64,000 nucleotides of DNA from Gemmatimonadaceae bacterium (GCA_033763905.1 JANRJP010000009.1:31901-95900), one strand, 5' to 3'. Numbered from the stretch's first letter, positions 1 through 10,108 are shown. Notes: generated by a model not told the origin, from the letters alone. Made by a program: numbers and translations.

Positions 1-60
1 GTACGAAGTGCTGGTGGCGTACGCCCTGAGTCCCTGGCTGGCGCCCGAGTTCTGGGCCGA

Positions 61-1020
61 TCACTCCGGTCGGTAGAGGAGCACCGGCTTCGTCACGTGG
101 CGCACGACGTCTTCGGCGACTGAGCCGAGGAGGGCGCGCGAGACGCCACGTCGCGCGTGTGTCGCCATCGCGATGGCATCGACGCGTTCGCGCTGCACGT
201 ACTCGGCAATCGCGTGCGCGACGATGGTGCCGCGTTCGACCCGCGTGCTCACCGTGTATCCGCGGGCGCGGACCGTCGCCGCGACGCGCTCGAGGTATTC
301 GCCCGCGACGGTGACCTCGCGCTCGTATTCATCGGGATCGACCATCGCGAGCGGCATCGCGCCCGGCGCCATCGGGATCGGCGTCGGGACCACGACCCGT
401 ACCAGTTCCAGGCTCGCTGCCGCCGCGCTTCCGAGGCGCAACGCGGGCTCGATCACCGACTCGCTGAGCGACGATCCGTCGAGCAGCACCGCGATCCGCC
501 GATAAAAGAGCGGGGGGCTCGGCACCGTACCGACGGGCCGAACGACCAAGACCGGGAGGTGGGTCGCGGCAACGACGGCCGTGGTGACACTGCCGAAGAT
601 GGCGCGCGAGACCCCCGCGCGGCCGTGCGTGGACATCACCACGAGGTCGGCGCCGATGTCCTCGGCGTGCGCACGGAGGACGTCAGCGGGCACGCCGTCG
701 TCGAGCAGCGCCCAGTGAACGGCGAGGCCCGTGGCCGCTTTGGCTTCGTTCGCCACCAGCTCCAGTGCGTCGGCCTGCGCCAAGCGCGTGTCGGCATCGG
801 CGCGGTAGTCGAGGACCGGCTCATTGCCTAGCATCGGGACGCCGCTCGGGGCGGTCTCGTGCACCCGCGACAGGTACAGCGCCCCGTCGATCGGCGCGGC
901 GGCGCCAGCGGCGAAGGGGATCGCGTATGCGCTGGCGGCCGAGCCGTCGAGCGGAACAAGCACCGTGCGGAACGGGGCGATCATCGAGGGGCTCGGAGAA
1001 ACCGTGGGATGGCGGGACAT
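61..1020 (-). CDS. Universal stress protein with tandem Usp domains
   Basis: Two Usp repeats: 'TVLVPLDGSAAS...DLVVMSTHGRAGVSRAIFGSVT' and 'IAVLLDGSSLSE...IAMATHARRGVSRALLGSVAEDVV'. Start is ATG 1020 or ATG 984; the upstream part of the 401-aa ORF looks non-coding. Confidence 0.9.
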   Translation of the reverse strand: MSRHPTVSPSPSMIAPFRTVLVPLDGSAASAYAIPFAAGAAAPIDGALYLSRVHETAPSGVPMLGNEPVLDYRADADTRLAQADALELVANEAKAATGLAVHWALLDDGVPADVLRAHAEDIGADLVVMSTHGRAGVSRAIFGSVTTAVVAATHLPVLVVRPVGTVPSPPLFYRRIAVLLDGSSLSESVIEPALRLGSAAAASLELVRVVVPTPIPMAPGAMPLAMVDPDEYEREVTVAGEYLERVAATVRARGYTVSTRVERGTIVAHAIAEYVQRERVDAIAMATHARRGVSRALLGSVAEDVVRHVTKPVLLYRPE

Positions 1021-1187
1021 ACGACCACCGGGTGTCGGGATGACGACAACGTGCCCTGATGGACGCTCGCATTCGGTCCCGCGGAATGCCAGTCGGGAGA
1101 GTGCTGGCTTTTGGTGAGGGGCGCGCTGGCAGGCGCGTCGCTTGCCTCCGGTGGCGCGGCGGAAGTGCGATTGGCGATCTTTCGCAC

Positions 1188-1685
1188 GTGACCCCGACGC
1201 CGGGTGCGACGCGCACGCTACCAGAGTTTTCCGAGTTGTTGCGCTCATACGAGAGCGCACCCGCACGTTTGGCCGCCGCTGTGCGCGGGCTGACCGACGC
1301 GCAGTGCGACGCGCCGGGGATCATCGGGCCGCATTCCGTTCGACAGGCCGTGGCCCGCGGCGCGGATGCCGAGCTGCTATTCGCGATGCGTGCGCGGTTC
1401 GTGATGGCCGAGCCGGGTGCCGATCTTCCGGTGGCGGATGCCGATGCGTGGGCCGAGGCGGTCGGTCCGATCGTCGAGCTCGATCATTCCGTCGGCGTCT
1501 TTCGCGCGCTGCGGCAACAGGGCACGGCGCTGTGGCGTGCCGTGCCGGACGGGATGTGGCTCCACAACGGTCGTACGCCCGACGGGGCGGTCCGTTCGTT
1601 GGCGGTGCTGTTCACCGAAGCGGTGTATCAGGGCGAACAGCTGATCGACGCGATTCTGACGGAGCGCCGCCGCCGCGCGTGGTAA
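1188..1685 (+). CDS. DinB/YfiT-like protein with the metal-binding histidines apparently lost
   Basis: 'LLRSYESAPARLAAAVRGLTDAQ...SVRQAVARGADAELLFAMRARFVMAE...FRALRQ' matches the DinB_2 pattern. GTG start at 1188 is inferred. Confidence 0.65.
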   Translation: MTPTPGATRTLPEFSELLRSYESAPARLAAAVRGLTDAQCDAPGIIGPHSVRQAVARGADAELLFAMRARFVMAEPGADLPVADADAWAEAVGPIVELDHSVGVFRALRQQGTALWRAVPDGMWLHNGRTPDGAVRSLAVLFTEAVYQGEQLIDAILTERRRRAW

Positions 1686-1715
1686 CGCGCTCGGTCCCGC
1701 CGGCGCGGGGACGAG

Positions 1716-2339
1716 TCAGCGCGGCGGGCTGCTGGTCAGCGCGGCCAAGAGCTGCGCGCCGTCGAACGGCTTCGCCAGGAACGCCATCGCACCGAGCGAC
1801 AGCATCCGCTCCGGGGTGACGGCGCCCGAGTAGCCGGACATCACGATCACCGGCACTTTCACGCCGGCGGCGCGAAGCGCGACGAGCAGCTGTTCGCCGG
1901 TCCGGCGTGGCATTGTCTGATCGGTCAGGACGAGATCCCAGCCGGTCGGATTCTCGATCAGTCGTACGAGGGCGTCTTCGCCGTCGGTGGCGCTGTCGAC
2001 GTCGCAGCCCAGCCGGACCAGTCGCTTCGAGACGACGCGGACGACGTCGGGCTCGTCGTCCACAACGAGTACGCGGCGGAACGGCACGGAGGGACGCGAC
2101 GTCGCGCGCGATTGCGCGTCAGCACTCTCGTGGCCGCTGGCGGGCACTGCCGGCGTTGGGGACGACCCGCCGGTTGGCTCCGAGGCGTCCGAACCGTCGG
2201 CCGAACCGCGGATGACGCGGTCGGTCGCTAGAAGCTCGATCGGTTCTCCAGCAGTCCGGAGCGGCAAGTCAGGATCCAAGCAGGCACTCGTGCCCACCGA
2301 GGGGGGGTGGGCGACTCGAGCGTTGAACACGTTAGGCAC
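1716..2339 (-). CDS. Response regulator (receiver domain, CheY-like) with low-complexity N-terminus; start uncertain
   Basis: 'RVLVVDDEPDV...DLVLTDQTMP...VIVMSG...FLAKPF' contains the DD, phosphoacceptor D, S/T and KP receiver motifs. Confidence 0.8.
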   Translation of the reverse strand: MPNVFNARVAHPPSVGTSACLDPDLPLRTAGEPIELLATDRVIRGSADGSDASEPTGGSSPTPAVPASGHESADAQSRATSRPSVPFRRVLVVDDEPDVVRVVSKRLVRLGCDVDSATDGEDALVRLIENPTGWDLVLTDQTMPRRTGEQLLVALRAAGVKVPVIVMSGYSGAVTPERMLSLGAMAFLAKPFDGAQLLAALTSSPPR

Positions 2340-2585
2340 ACAGCACTACCCGCCACGTTGAGCGGTCGATCCGTAAGGCACTGAGGGGGCGTAATCTCTC
2401 CGGCGGATGACGCGCCGTCGAGGGTGATCCACGCTGTTCTTGGGTCCACAGACGAAAGCGCGACCCCCAGCCATTCGAATATTGTGTCCCCCGTCACCAA
2501 ACGCTATGGCCCAACCGCACTATTCGCGCAATTTGTTTACGAACTGTCGAGGTGTTACAAAAGCTGACAGATTAGCACCGGCTGT

Positions 2586-4061
2586 TCAAATCTGAGAGTT
2601 GCTCGGTGGCGTAATCGCGGCCGACGCGATCGGGGTTTGGCGGAGGCCCGGCATATTGCTGATGCGCCGCTGGAGCCGCTGGAGCCCGTCGTAGGCCGCG
2701 TACTTGAAGGACTCGCCTAGGGTCGGGTAGTTGAACACGGACTGGATGAAGAAGTCCAAGGTCCCGCCGAGGAGCATCGCGGTCATCGCAACGTGGATGA
2801 GCTCGGCCGCGCCATCGCCGACGACCGACGCGCCCAGCAGTCGCTGGTCGTCGGGGCTGACGAGGAGCTTCACGAAGCCACCAGTCTCGCCGATGATCCG
2901 CCCGCGCGCGTTGTGGACGAACGACGACCGAGCGACGGCGTAGGGGATCCCCTTGAGCCGCAGTGTCTCCTCGGTCTCGCCCACCATTGCCACTTCGGGG
3001 ATCGTCCAGATGCAGTACGGAAGCACCGGACTCAGGGCCTTCTTGTAGCGCAAATCGAAGGCGTGACACATCGCGACCCGCGCCTGTTCCATCGCGGTGG
3101 AGGCCAAGGCCGGGAAGCCGATGACGTCGCCCGCCGCCCAGATGCGCGGATTGGCCGTCGCGAATCGCTCATCGACGGCCAGGAGTCCGCGGGGGCGACG
3201 TTCAATACCGGCAGCCTCGCAGCCCAGCTCATCGGTGTTCCCTTCGCGTCCCTGAGCGCCGAGCACGCATTCGGACCAGATCTCGCGCCCGTCATTGAGC
3301 GTGGTCACGGCCAGGTCGTTTTCGATGCGGCAGGCTACGACGTCACTCTGGTTGAGGACCGTGATGCCCAGCCGTTCCGTCATCGCCTGGCGCAAGGCGT
3401 CGCTCACCTCGGCGTCGAGCTGTTCCATCAGCCGGCTTCGCTGGTTGACCAGCGTGACCTTGGTGCCGAGCGCGGCGAAGATGCAGGCGTACTCGCAGCC
3501 GATGACCCCGCCGCCAACGACGACCATCCGGCGGGGGATCGCGTCGAGCTGCAGGATGGATTCGCTGTCGACGATGATTCGGTCGTCAAAGGGCAGCACG
3601 GCGGGCCGAGCCGGGCGGGAGCCGGTGGCGATCAGAAACGCGTCCGCCGTGAGCTGTCGGAGGGGCTGGCCGTGCCGTCGGACTTCCAGCAGGTCCGGGG
3701 AGACGAAGGTGGCCGACCCCTGCAGCGTGTAGATGCGGTGCTGCTCCAGGTTCTTCTGGATCCGCTCCCACTCGGCTTCCACGACCACCCGCTCCCGGTG
3801 CATCAGGTCGGCGATCGTGATGTCGGGCTTGATCGACACGTCGACCGCGTAGAGCCCTCGGTGCCGGAGCCCGGACAACGCCAAAGCCGTCTCGCGGAGT
3901 GTCTTGGAGGGGATCGTCCCCGAATTGACGGCGACCCCCCCGGGCTTCGGGGCACGCTCGACGAGGCAGACGCGCTTGCCGAAGTACGCGGCTTGCGCGG
4001 CTCCCTTCTCACCGGCCGGACCCGCGCCGATGACCACGAGATCAAAGCGTTCGACGGTCAT
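2586..4061 (-). CDS. sthA: Soluble (Si-specific) NAD(P)+ transhydrogenase, flavoprotein disulfide reductase family
   Basis: 'VIGAGPAGEKGAAQAAYFGK', 'GTIPSKTLRE' without a redox CxxxxC, 'GDVIGFPALASTAMEQAR' and 'FNYPTLGESFKYAAYDGL'. Confidence 0.9.
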   Translation of the reverse strand: MTVERFDLVVIGAGPAGEKGAAQAAYFGKRVCLVERAPKPGGVAVNSGTIPSKTLRETALALSGLRHRGLYAVDVSIKPDITIADLMHRERVVVEAEWERIQKNLEQHRIYTLQGSATFVSPDLLEVRRHGQPLRQLTADAFLIATGSRPARPAVLPFDDRIIVDSESILQLDAIPRRMVVVGGGVIGCEYACIFAALGTKVTLVNQRSRLMEQLDAEVSDALRQAMTERLGITVLNQSDVVACRIENDLAVTTLNDGREIWSECVLGAQGREGNTDELGCEAAGIERRPRGLLAVDERFATANPRIWAAGDVIGFPALASTAMEQARVAMCHAFDLRYKKALSPVLPYCIWTIPEVAMVGETEETLRLKGIPYAVARSSFVHNARGRIIGETGGFVKLLVSPDDQRLLGASVVGDGAAELIHVAMTAMLLGGTLDFFIQSVFNYPTLGESFKYAAYDGLQRLQRRISNMPGLRQTPIASAAITPPSNSQI

Positions 4062-4137
4062 TCATCAGTAGACGCGGGAGGGCCGGGCCGGGTCACGGGT
4101 CGGAACCGCCTTCCCGGGGTCGCTAGTTTTGTTGCCT

Positions 4138-5355
4138 ATGAGCACCGACACCGGCTTCCAGTACGTTCGCAAGGGATTTGGCCTCAAGGCCGAAGTGCAG
4201 GAAGAGCTTGCGAGCGACTACAACGGCCATCTGGTCGACCTGCTCCGGGCCAACGAATACACCCTGGAGTCGGGCGGCGTCACGATTCGGCTGGCCAAGG
4301 AGTTCGGCTTTTGCTACGGGGTCGAGCGCGCCGTCGATTATGCGTACCAGACGCGGCGGAAGTTCCCGGACAAGCGGGTGTTCCTGGCGGGTGAGATTAT
4401 CCACAACCCCCACGTGAACACGAAGCTCCGCGATATGGGGATCGTGTTCCTCGGGACCCATCCCGAAGGGAAGGGCTTCGACTACACGCCGGTGCTGCAG
4501 GAAGACGTCGTGATTCTGCCCGCCTTCGGGGTCACGATTCACGATTTCGAGACGCTGCGGGCGTTGGGCTGCGTGGTCGTCGATACCACCTGCGGTTCGG
4601 TGCTGAACGTGTGGAAGCGGGTCGAGAGCTACGGCCGCGACGGCTTCACCGCGCTGATTCACGGCAAGTACTACCACGAAGAAACGCGGGCGACCGCGAG
4701 CCAGATCGAGAAGTACGCTGGCGGCAAGTATCTCGTGGTGCGCGATATGACCGAGGCCGAGCTGGTGATGCAGTACATCGAGCACGGCGGAGACAAGGCC
4801 GCGTTCCAGGCGCATTTCGCACGGGGGTCGTCCCCGGGGTTCGACCCCGACTCCGACCTGCAGCGCATCGGAGTCGCGAACCAGACGACGATGCTGGCGC
4901 GCGAGTCGTTGGCGATCGCCGAGGCCGTCGGGGCCGCGGTCGAACGGCGCTACGGCGCCGCGCACCGGGCGTCGCACTTCCGGTCCTTCGACACGATCTG
5001 CTCGGCGACGCAGGATCGGCAGGACGCCGTCAACGAGCTCCTGCGCGAGCCGCTCGACGTGATGCTGGTGATCGGCGGGTACAACTCGTCGAACACGATT
5101 TCACTCGCGGCGCTCTGCAGCGAGAAGGTGCCGACGTACCACATCGAGGACGCGGCCTGCCTGGATGTCGCGAGCGGCGGGATTCGCCATTTGCCCACCG
5201 GATCCAAGATCGAAGTCGCCGCCGATCGCTGGTTGCCGGAAGGGGCCACGATCCGGGTGGGCATCACGGCTGGGGCGAGCACGCCGAACAACAAGATCGG
5301 CGAAGCGGTGGCGCGCGTCCTGGCGACACGCGGTGTCACGGTTCCGATGACCTGA
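4138..5355 (+). CDS. ispH: 4-hydroxy-3-methylbut-2-enyl diphosphate reductase (long, cyanobacterial/plant-like type)
   Basis: Three Fe-S cysteines in 'FGFCYGVERA', 'DTTCGSV' and 'DTICSATQDRQ'; also 'IIHNPHV', 'HEET', 'NQTT', 'SSNT' and 'GITAGASTP'. Confidence 0.95.
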   Translation: MSTDTGFQYVRKGFGLKAEVQEELASDYNGHLVDLLRANEYTLESGGVTIRLAKEFGFCYGVERAVDYAYQTRRKFPDKRVFLAGEIIHNPHVNTKLRDMGIVFLGTHPEGKGFDYTPVLQEDVVILPAFGVTIHDFETLRALGCVVVDTTCGSVLNVWKRVESYGRDGFTALIHGKYYHEETRATASQIEKYAGGKYLVVRDMTEAELVMQYIEHGGDKAAFQAHFARGSSPGFDPDSDLQRIGVANQTTMLARESLAIAEAVGAAVERRYGAAHRASHFRSFDTICSATQDRQDAVNELLREPLDVMLVIGGYNSSNTISLAALCSEKVPTYHIEDAACLDVASGGIRHLPTGSKIEVAADRWLPEGATIRVGITAGASTPNNKIGEAVARVLATRGVTVPMT

Positions 5356-5461
5356 CTTGCGGGACGCTGGTCCCGTTGCAATGCTGTGGGCACTTGGTCG
5401 GCGATTGTCGACCCGCACGCCCGACGCTGAGCGGCGCACGTAGACCTGAGCTGCTCACCGT

Positions 5462-6679
5462 ATGCGAGTCATTCGGTTGGTGCGCCGGAGCGTGTCCGGC
5501 GCGTTCGTTGTTGCGTGTCTGTCTGCTTCGGCCTCGGCCCAAGCCCCGAAGCCCGTCGCGGCGGTCAAACCGCCGAAGCCGCTCCCGCGTCCCGACCTGC
5601 CGGCGGGGGCCGATCCCAACGACATCCGGGCGTTGCTGGTTTTTGGCAATCAGGCGCTGGCCAAGCGGCCCGATGACGCGCGCCGGGCCTTCTACTGGGC
5701 ATCGCGTCTCGATCCGCTGTCGGGGGCGCCGCTGCAAGGGCAGTACGACGCGTGGCTGCTGTCGGACAAGTGGCAGCGCCGGGCGTGGATGCGGGGCGAC
5801 CGCAACCAGTTCGATCGTGGCCTCGATTCGCTCGAGCAGCTCGCCGCGATGCGCGATCCGTTCACCGCATCGACGCACGTGATGAGTCTCTTCCGGATGT
5901 ACGTGGTGGACGAGAATCCGCGATTGAATGAAGTCGAGCTCGACTTCGCGGTCGATCAGTACTATCGCCAGAGCACCAGTCCGTCGATTCAGGCCTACTA
6001 CGCGGAGTCGGATGGCCGGATGAAGGCGGCCCTCGATGCGTGGGCGCAGGCGGCGAAGGGACTCAAGAGTCCTTGGGGCATTCACGCGACGCGTGGACGA
6101 ATCTTCCGCTCGATCGGGATGCGCGACAGCGCGATCGCCGCGTACCAGACGGCACTTGCGCAGCGCCCCGAAGCGAAGAAGGGCAACAAGCTCGTGATTC
6201 TGTATCAGCCGGTCGCCTTGCTGCACTTCGCACTCGCCCAACTGCACGGCGAGGGGAACGACGTCGCGGCGATGCAGCAGGATCTCGAGAAGGCGCTCGA
6301 AGAAGATGCGTCCTTCTGGCCGGCGCAATTGCGGCTGGCCCTGCTCGCGCAACAGCGCGGCGACACCGCGGCCGCCTTGGCGGGTCTGGAGCTGGCGGCG
6401 GCGACAAGTCCGAGCGAGCCGATGGTTCTGATGCAGCTCGGGTATCTGCAATCGGCCAAGGGGATGATTGCCGAGGCGCTCGCGACCTTCAAGAAGGTCA
6501 CCGAGCTCGAGCCGTACTACGCGCTGCCGCACCTGCTGATGGCGCAGATCTACGACCACTCGGACTTCGCCGAGGAGGCCGTGGCGGCGTACAGCGCCCA
6601 CCTCGCGCTGCTGCCCGCGAATACGTCGTCGCGCGCGGCGATCACGGCGCGGATCGCGGCGCTCAAGGGCGGCCAGTGA
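5462..6679 (+). CDS. Secreted tetratricopeptide-repeat protein
   Basis: Signal peptide ending ASA-Q and several TPR-like helical repeats ('ALATFKKVTELEPYYALPHLLMAQIY'). Confidence 0.75.
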   Translation: MRVIRLVRRSVSGAFVVACLSASASAQAPKPVAAVKPPKPLPRPDLPAGADPNDIRALLVFGNQALAKRPDDARRAFYWASRLDPLSGAPLQGQYDAWLLSDKWQRRAWMRGDRNQFDRGLDSLEQLAAMRDPFTASTHVMSLFRMYVVDENPRLNEVELDFAVDQYYRQSTSPSIQAYYAESDGRMKAALDAWAQAAKGLKSPWGIHATRGRIFRSIGMRDSAIAAYQTALAQRPEAKKGNKLVILYQPVALLHFALAQLHGEGNDVAAMQQDLEKALEEDASFWPAQLRLALLAQQRGDTAAALAGLELAAATSPSEPMVLMQLGYLQSAKGMIAEALATFKKVTELEPYYALPHLLMAQIYDHSDFAEEAVAAYSAHLALLPANTSSRAAITARIAALKGGQ

Positions 6680-8277
6680 GTCAGGTACCGAACGTCGGGG
6701 GCGCCGCGCGCCGCGCGGCAGCGCTGCTGGTCGTGGCCGTCGGCGTGGTCACGCTGGCGCCGCTGGCGCGGGCGCAGTCGGCGTCGGCGCCGGTGCTGCG
6801 GCCACGGACGCTGGCGGAGGATCTGCAGATGTTCGGGCAGGTGCTCAACCAGGTCCGCGTGAACCACGTCGACTCGCTCGATATGCACCGGTTGATGCAG
6901 TCGGCGGTGCAGGGACTGCTTCGGGCGGCGGATCCGCATTCGTACGTGATTACCGCCGAGCGCCTGTCGGAGCAGACGGCCGCGCTGGCCAAGGCGGGGA
7001 AGCTCGTGCCGGTGCCGGTGAGCTTCCGCTACGTCGCGGGCGTGCCGGTCGTCGCGTCGATTGCGGCGGGGGCGCGGGAGGCCGTGGGTGATGTCCGCCC
7101 GGGCGACGTGCTCGTGACGATCGATAGCGCGCCCGTGCGCGCCGACGGCGAACTCGAACTCGAGACCACGCTATCGGGCCCCAAGGGGTCGGTGGTGCGG
7201 CTCGGGCTGGAACGCGAGCGCACCGACGGGACGCGCATCACGCTGGTGCGTCCGGTGCGTCGCCAGGAGCCAAAGCCGGAGACCGCGGTGCCGGTCGCGT
7301 TCCTGCTCGACGCCGAGACCGCGTACGTGCGGATCACCACATTCGTGGCCGAGCGCATTGCGGCCGACCTGGAACAGGGTCTGTCGCGGCTGGAGCGGTC
7401 GGGGATGCAGCGTCTCGTGCTGGACCTGCGCGACAACGGCGGCGGGCGGGTGGACGAGGCGGCGTTGGTGGCCGGGGCATTCCTGCCCGAAGGGACGATC
7501 GTGTACACCGCTGAAGGGCGCCGGAGCGATGTGGCCGACACTGGGCGGGTGCGGCGCGCCTTCTGGAAGAGCGCGCGGCGGGTCCCAATGGCGGTACTGA
7601 TCAACGAGGGGTCCGCCAGCGCGTCGGAGTTGGTCGCTGGGGCGTTGCAGGACCACGACCGGGCCCGCATCGTCGGCCGGCCCTCGTTCGGCAAGGCGCT
7701 CCTGATGCGCGGATTCCCGTTGGTCGATGGCTCGGTGATTGTGCTCGTGGTCGGGCAGCTGCGCACGCCCTGCGGTCGCGTGGTGCAGCGGTCGTATCAG
7801 GGGGTGCGGGCGGCACAGTACTATCGGGCGGCGGGCACGGTCCGCGACACGGCGGGACGGCCGAGCTGCCGGACGACTGGCGGTCGGGTGGTGTACGGGG
7901 GAGGCGGGATCTACCCCGACCTGCTGCTGCCGCCCACTCCGGTGTCGCCCGACTGGCTCACGGCGCTCGACGAGGATGGCGTGATCGCGCAATGGGCGGC
8001 GGCATATGTCGGGGAGCGCGGCAGTCCGGCGCCGAGCGCCGAGGCGCTGGCGACCGCCCCGTTGTCGACGGAGTCCTTGGTCAAGAGCTTGCGCGGCTAC
8101 GCCTCGGCCAAAGGTGTGACACTTCCCGCCGAGGCCGAAACATCCGCCGCGCTCGGGCGTCGGCTCAACGTCGAGCTCGCGTGGCAGAAGTGGGGGGACG
8201 CCGGCGCCTTTCGGGTGGCGGCGCCGGGCGACCGGGAGGTACAGGAAGCGGTCGCGGCGCTGCGAGGGGCACCGTAG
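6676..8277 (+). CDS. S41 family carboxyl-terminal processing protease (PDZ plus catalytic domain)
   Basis: 'LVLDLRDNGGG', 'LINEGSASASELVAGALQDHDRA', 'SFGKA' and 'GGGGIYPD'. The GTG start overlaps the TPR gene stop (GTGA). Confidence 0.9.
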   Translation: MSQVPNVGGAARRAAALLVVAVGVVTLAPLARAQSASAPVLRPRTLAEDLQMFGQVLNQVRVNHVDSLDMHRLMQSAVQGLLRAADPHSYVITAERLSEQTAALAKAGKLVPVPVSFRYVAGVPVVASIAAGAREAVGDVRPGDVLVTIDSAPVRADGELELETTLSGPKGSVVRLGLERERTDGTRITLVRPVRRQEPKPETAVPVAFLLDAETAYVRITTFVAERIAADLEQGLSRLERSGMQRLVLDLRDNGGGRVDEAALVAGAFLPEGTIVYTAEGRRSDVADTGRVRRAFWKSARRVPMAVLINEGSASASELVAGALQDHDRARIVGRPSFGKALLMRGFPLVDGSVIVLVVGQLRTPCGRVVQRSYQGVRAAQYYRAAGTVRDTAGRPSCRTTGGRVVYGGGGIYPDLLLPPTPVSPDWLTALDEDGVIAQWAAAYVGERGSPAPSAEALATAPLSTESLVKSLRGYASAKGVTLPAEAETSAALGRRLNVELAWQKWGDAGAFRVAAPGDREVQEAVAALRGAP

Positions 8278-8367
8278 AGGGAGTTGGGGATTCCCCTATG
8301 GCCGAGGGGCGGGAACCGTGTCAGTTTGCGAAGAGTTGCCCCAAGACCCGTTCGCCGCCCCCGACAG

Positions 8368-8775
8368 ATGAAGCTGATCACCGCGATTATCCGCCCCGAG
8401 AAACTTCCCGAGGTGAAGCAGGCGCTATTCCGCGTCGGCATCACCGGGATGACGTTGACGCGCGTGACCGGCCACGGCGGGGAAGGCGAAGTGATTCAGC
8501 ACTATCGGGCCAACACGATAGTGCTCGATTTCCACGACAAGGTGCGCATCGAGATGGCGTGCAGCGAGCCGTTCGTCGAGCCGTGCATTCAAGCCATCGT
8601 GGGCGCGGCGCGCACCGGTGGCGTGGGCGACGGTAAGATTTTCGTCCAGCCGCTCGATGACGTGATTCGCATCCGCACGGGCGAGCGTTCGAACGCGGCG
8701 CTCACGCCCGTCAACGCCGACGAAACGCAACGACAGGCGGAACTCGCCGCCTCCGGCCACGGAGACGCACCGTGA
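8368..8775 (+). CDS. glnK: P-II nitrogen regulatory protein
   Basis: 'MKLITAIIRPEKL...ARTGGVGDGKIFV...IRIRTGE'; directly upstream of amtB. Confidence 0.93.
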   Translation: MKLITAIIRPEKLPEVKQALFRVGITGMTLTRVTGHGGEGEVIQHYRANTIVLDFHDKVRIEMACSEPFVEPCIQAIVGAARTGGVGDGKIFVQPLDDVIRIRTGERSNAALTPVNADETQRQAELAASGHGDAP

Positions 8776-10106
8776 CCCCGACGACCTTGTCGGCCGGCGA
8801 CACGGCCTGGGTGCTGGTCGCAGCGGCTTTCGTGATGCTGATGGTCCCCGGGCTCGCGCTCTTCTACGGCGGTCTGGTGCGCACGCGCAGCGTGCTGAAC
8901 GTCCTGATGATGTCCCTCGGCGCGTTTGCGGTGGTGTCGGTGCAGTGGGTGCTGCTCGGCTACACGCTGTCGTTCTCGCCCGGTTCCTCGCTCATCGGCG
9001 GCTTGTCGTTCGCCGGGTTCTCGGGGGTCGGCGGGGCCGCGAATCCGGTGTACGCGGGCACGATTCCGCACGCGGCATTCGCGGCGTTCCAGGCGATGTT
9101 CGCGGGCATCACGGTGGCGCTGATTTCCGGCGCCGTGGTGGAGCGGATGAAGTTCTCGGCGTTTCTCGTGTTCGGGTTGCTGTGGACGTTCGTCGTCTAC
9201 GATCCGCTGGCGCACTGGGTCTGGGCCGACGGGGGCTGGCTGCGCTCGCGCGGGGCGCTCGACTTCGCCGGCGGCACGGTGATTCACATCAGCGCGGGCA
9301 CCTCGGCGTTGGTGGCGGCGTGGATGCTCGGACGGCGGCGCGATTTTGGTCGGCCGGTGCTGGTCCCGCACAATGTGCCGTTCACCGTCTTGGGCGCGGG
9401 CTTGTTGTGGTTCGGCTGGTTCGGCTTCAACGGCGGCTCGGCGCTGGCCGCGAACGACGTCGCCGCCAACGCCGTCGTGACCACGCACGTCGCGGCGGCC
9501 TCGGCCTTGGTCGTGTGGTTGTTGATCGACCTGGTGCGCAACGGACACGCGACGGCCGTCGGCGCGGCGACGGGCGCGGTGGTCGGTCTGGTCGCGATCA
9601 CGCCAGCGGCGGGCTTCGTGACACCGCGCGCCGCGATCCTGATCGGCGGCATCACGGCGGGCATCAGCTATGCGGCGATTCAGTGGCGTCCGCGGACCCG
9701 CATCGACGATGCGTTGGACGTGTTCGCGTGTCACGGCGTGGCTGGCATTGCGGGGGCGGTGCTGACCGGGGTCTTTGCGACCAAGACGGTGAACGCCGCT
9801 GGCGCCGATGGATTGCTGGCGGGCAACGCGGGGCTCGTCTGGACGCAGATCGAGGCCGTGCTGGCGGCGATGGCGCTGTCGGGAGGCTTGACCTTCGTCA
9901 TTCTCCGCGCGCTCGAGGCGTTTATGGGCCTCCGCGTCACGCTGGCCGACGAGATCGGCGGCGTGGATGTGAGCGAGCACGGTGAAGAGGCCTACCACGG
10001 CGGCGATATCGGCGAGCTGGTGGGACGTGGGATGCCGCTCGGCGAGAGTGTCGTGCTCGAGGCGCCGACGCCCACCGCAGTGCCGGTGACGCCACGCGCG
10101 ATCTGA
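8772..10106 (+). CDS. amtB: Ammonium transporter
   Basis: 'PGLALFYGGLVR', 'DFAGGTVIHISAG', 'WFGWFGFNGGSA' and 'DDALDVFACHG' (twin His). Confidence 0.96.
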   Translation: MTPTTLSAGDTAWVLVAAAFVMLMVPGLALFYGGLVRTRSVLNVLMMSLGAFAVVSVQWVLLGYTLSFSPGSSLIGGLSFAGFSGVGGAANPVYAGTIPHAAFAAFQAMFAGITVALISGAVVERMKFSAFLVFGLLWTFVVYDPLAHWVWADGGWLRSRGALDFAGGTVIHISAGTSALVAAWMLGRRRDFGRPVLVPHNVPFTVLGAGLLWFGWFGFNGGSALAANDVAANAVVTTHVAAASALVVWLLIDLVRNGHATAVGAATGAVVGLVAITPAAGFVTPRAAILIGGITAGISYAAIQWRPRTRIDDALDVFACHGVAGIAGAVLTGVFATKTVNAAGADGLLAGNAGLVWTQIEAVLAAMALSGGLTFVILRALEAFMGLRVTLADEIGGVDVSEHGEEAYHGGDIGELVGRGMPLGESVVLEAPTPTAVPVTPRAI

Positions 10107-10108
10107 TC

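Noticed and set aside
2228..2585. 90-aa ORF, a G7 tract and an AT-rich stretch upstream of the receiver gene; considered a phase-variable frameshift or riboswitch
   Set aside because: Neither frame gives a recognisable domain and I could not match a known riboswitch consensus; most likely promoter or leader DNA.
2586..5355. Divergent sthA/ispH as a functional NADPH-isoprenoid unit
   Set aside because: Adjacency only; no shared regulatory signal is visible.
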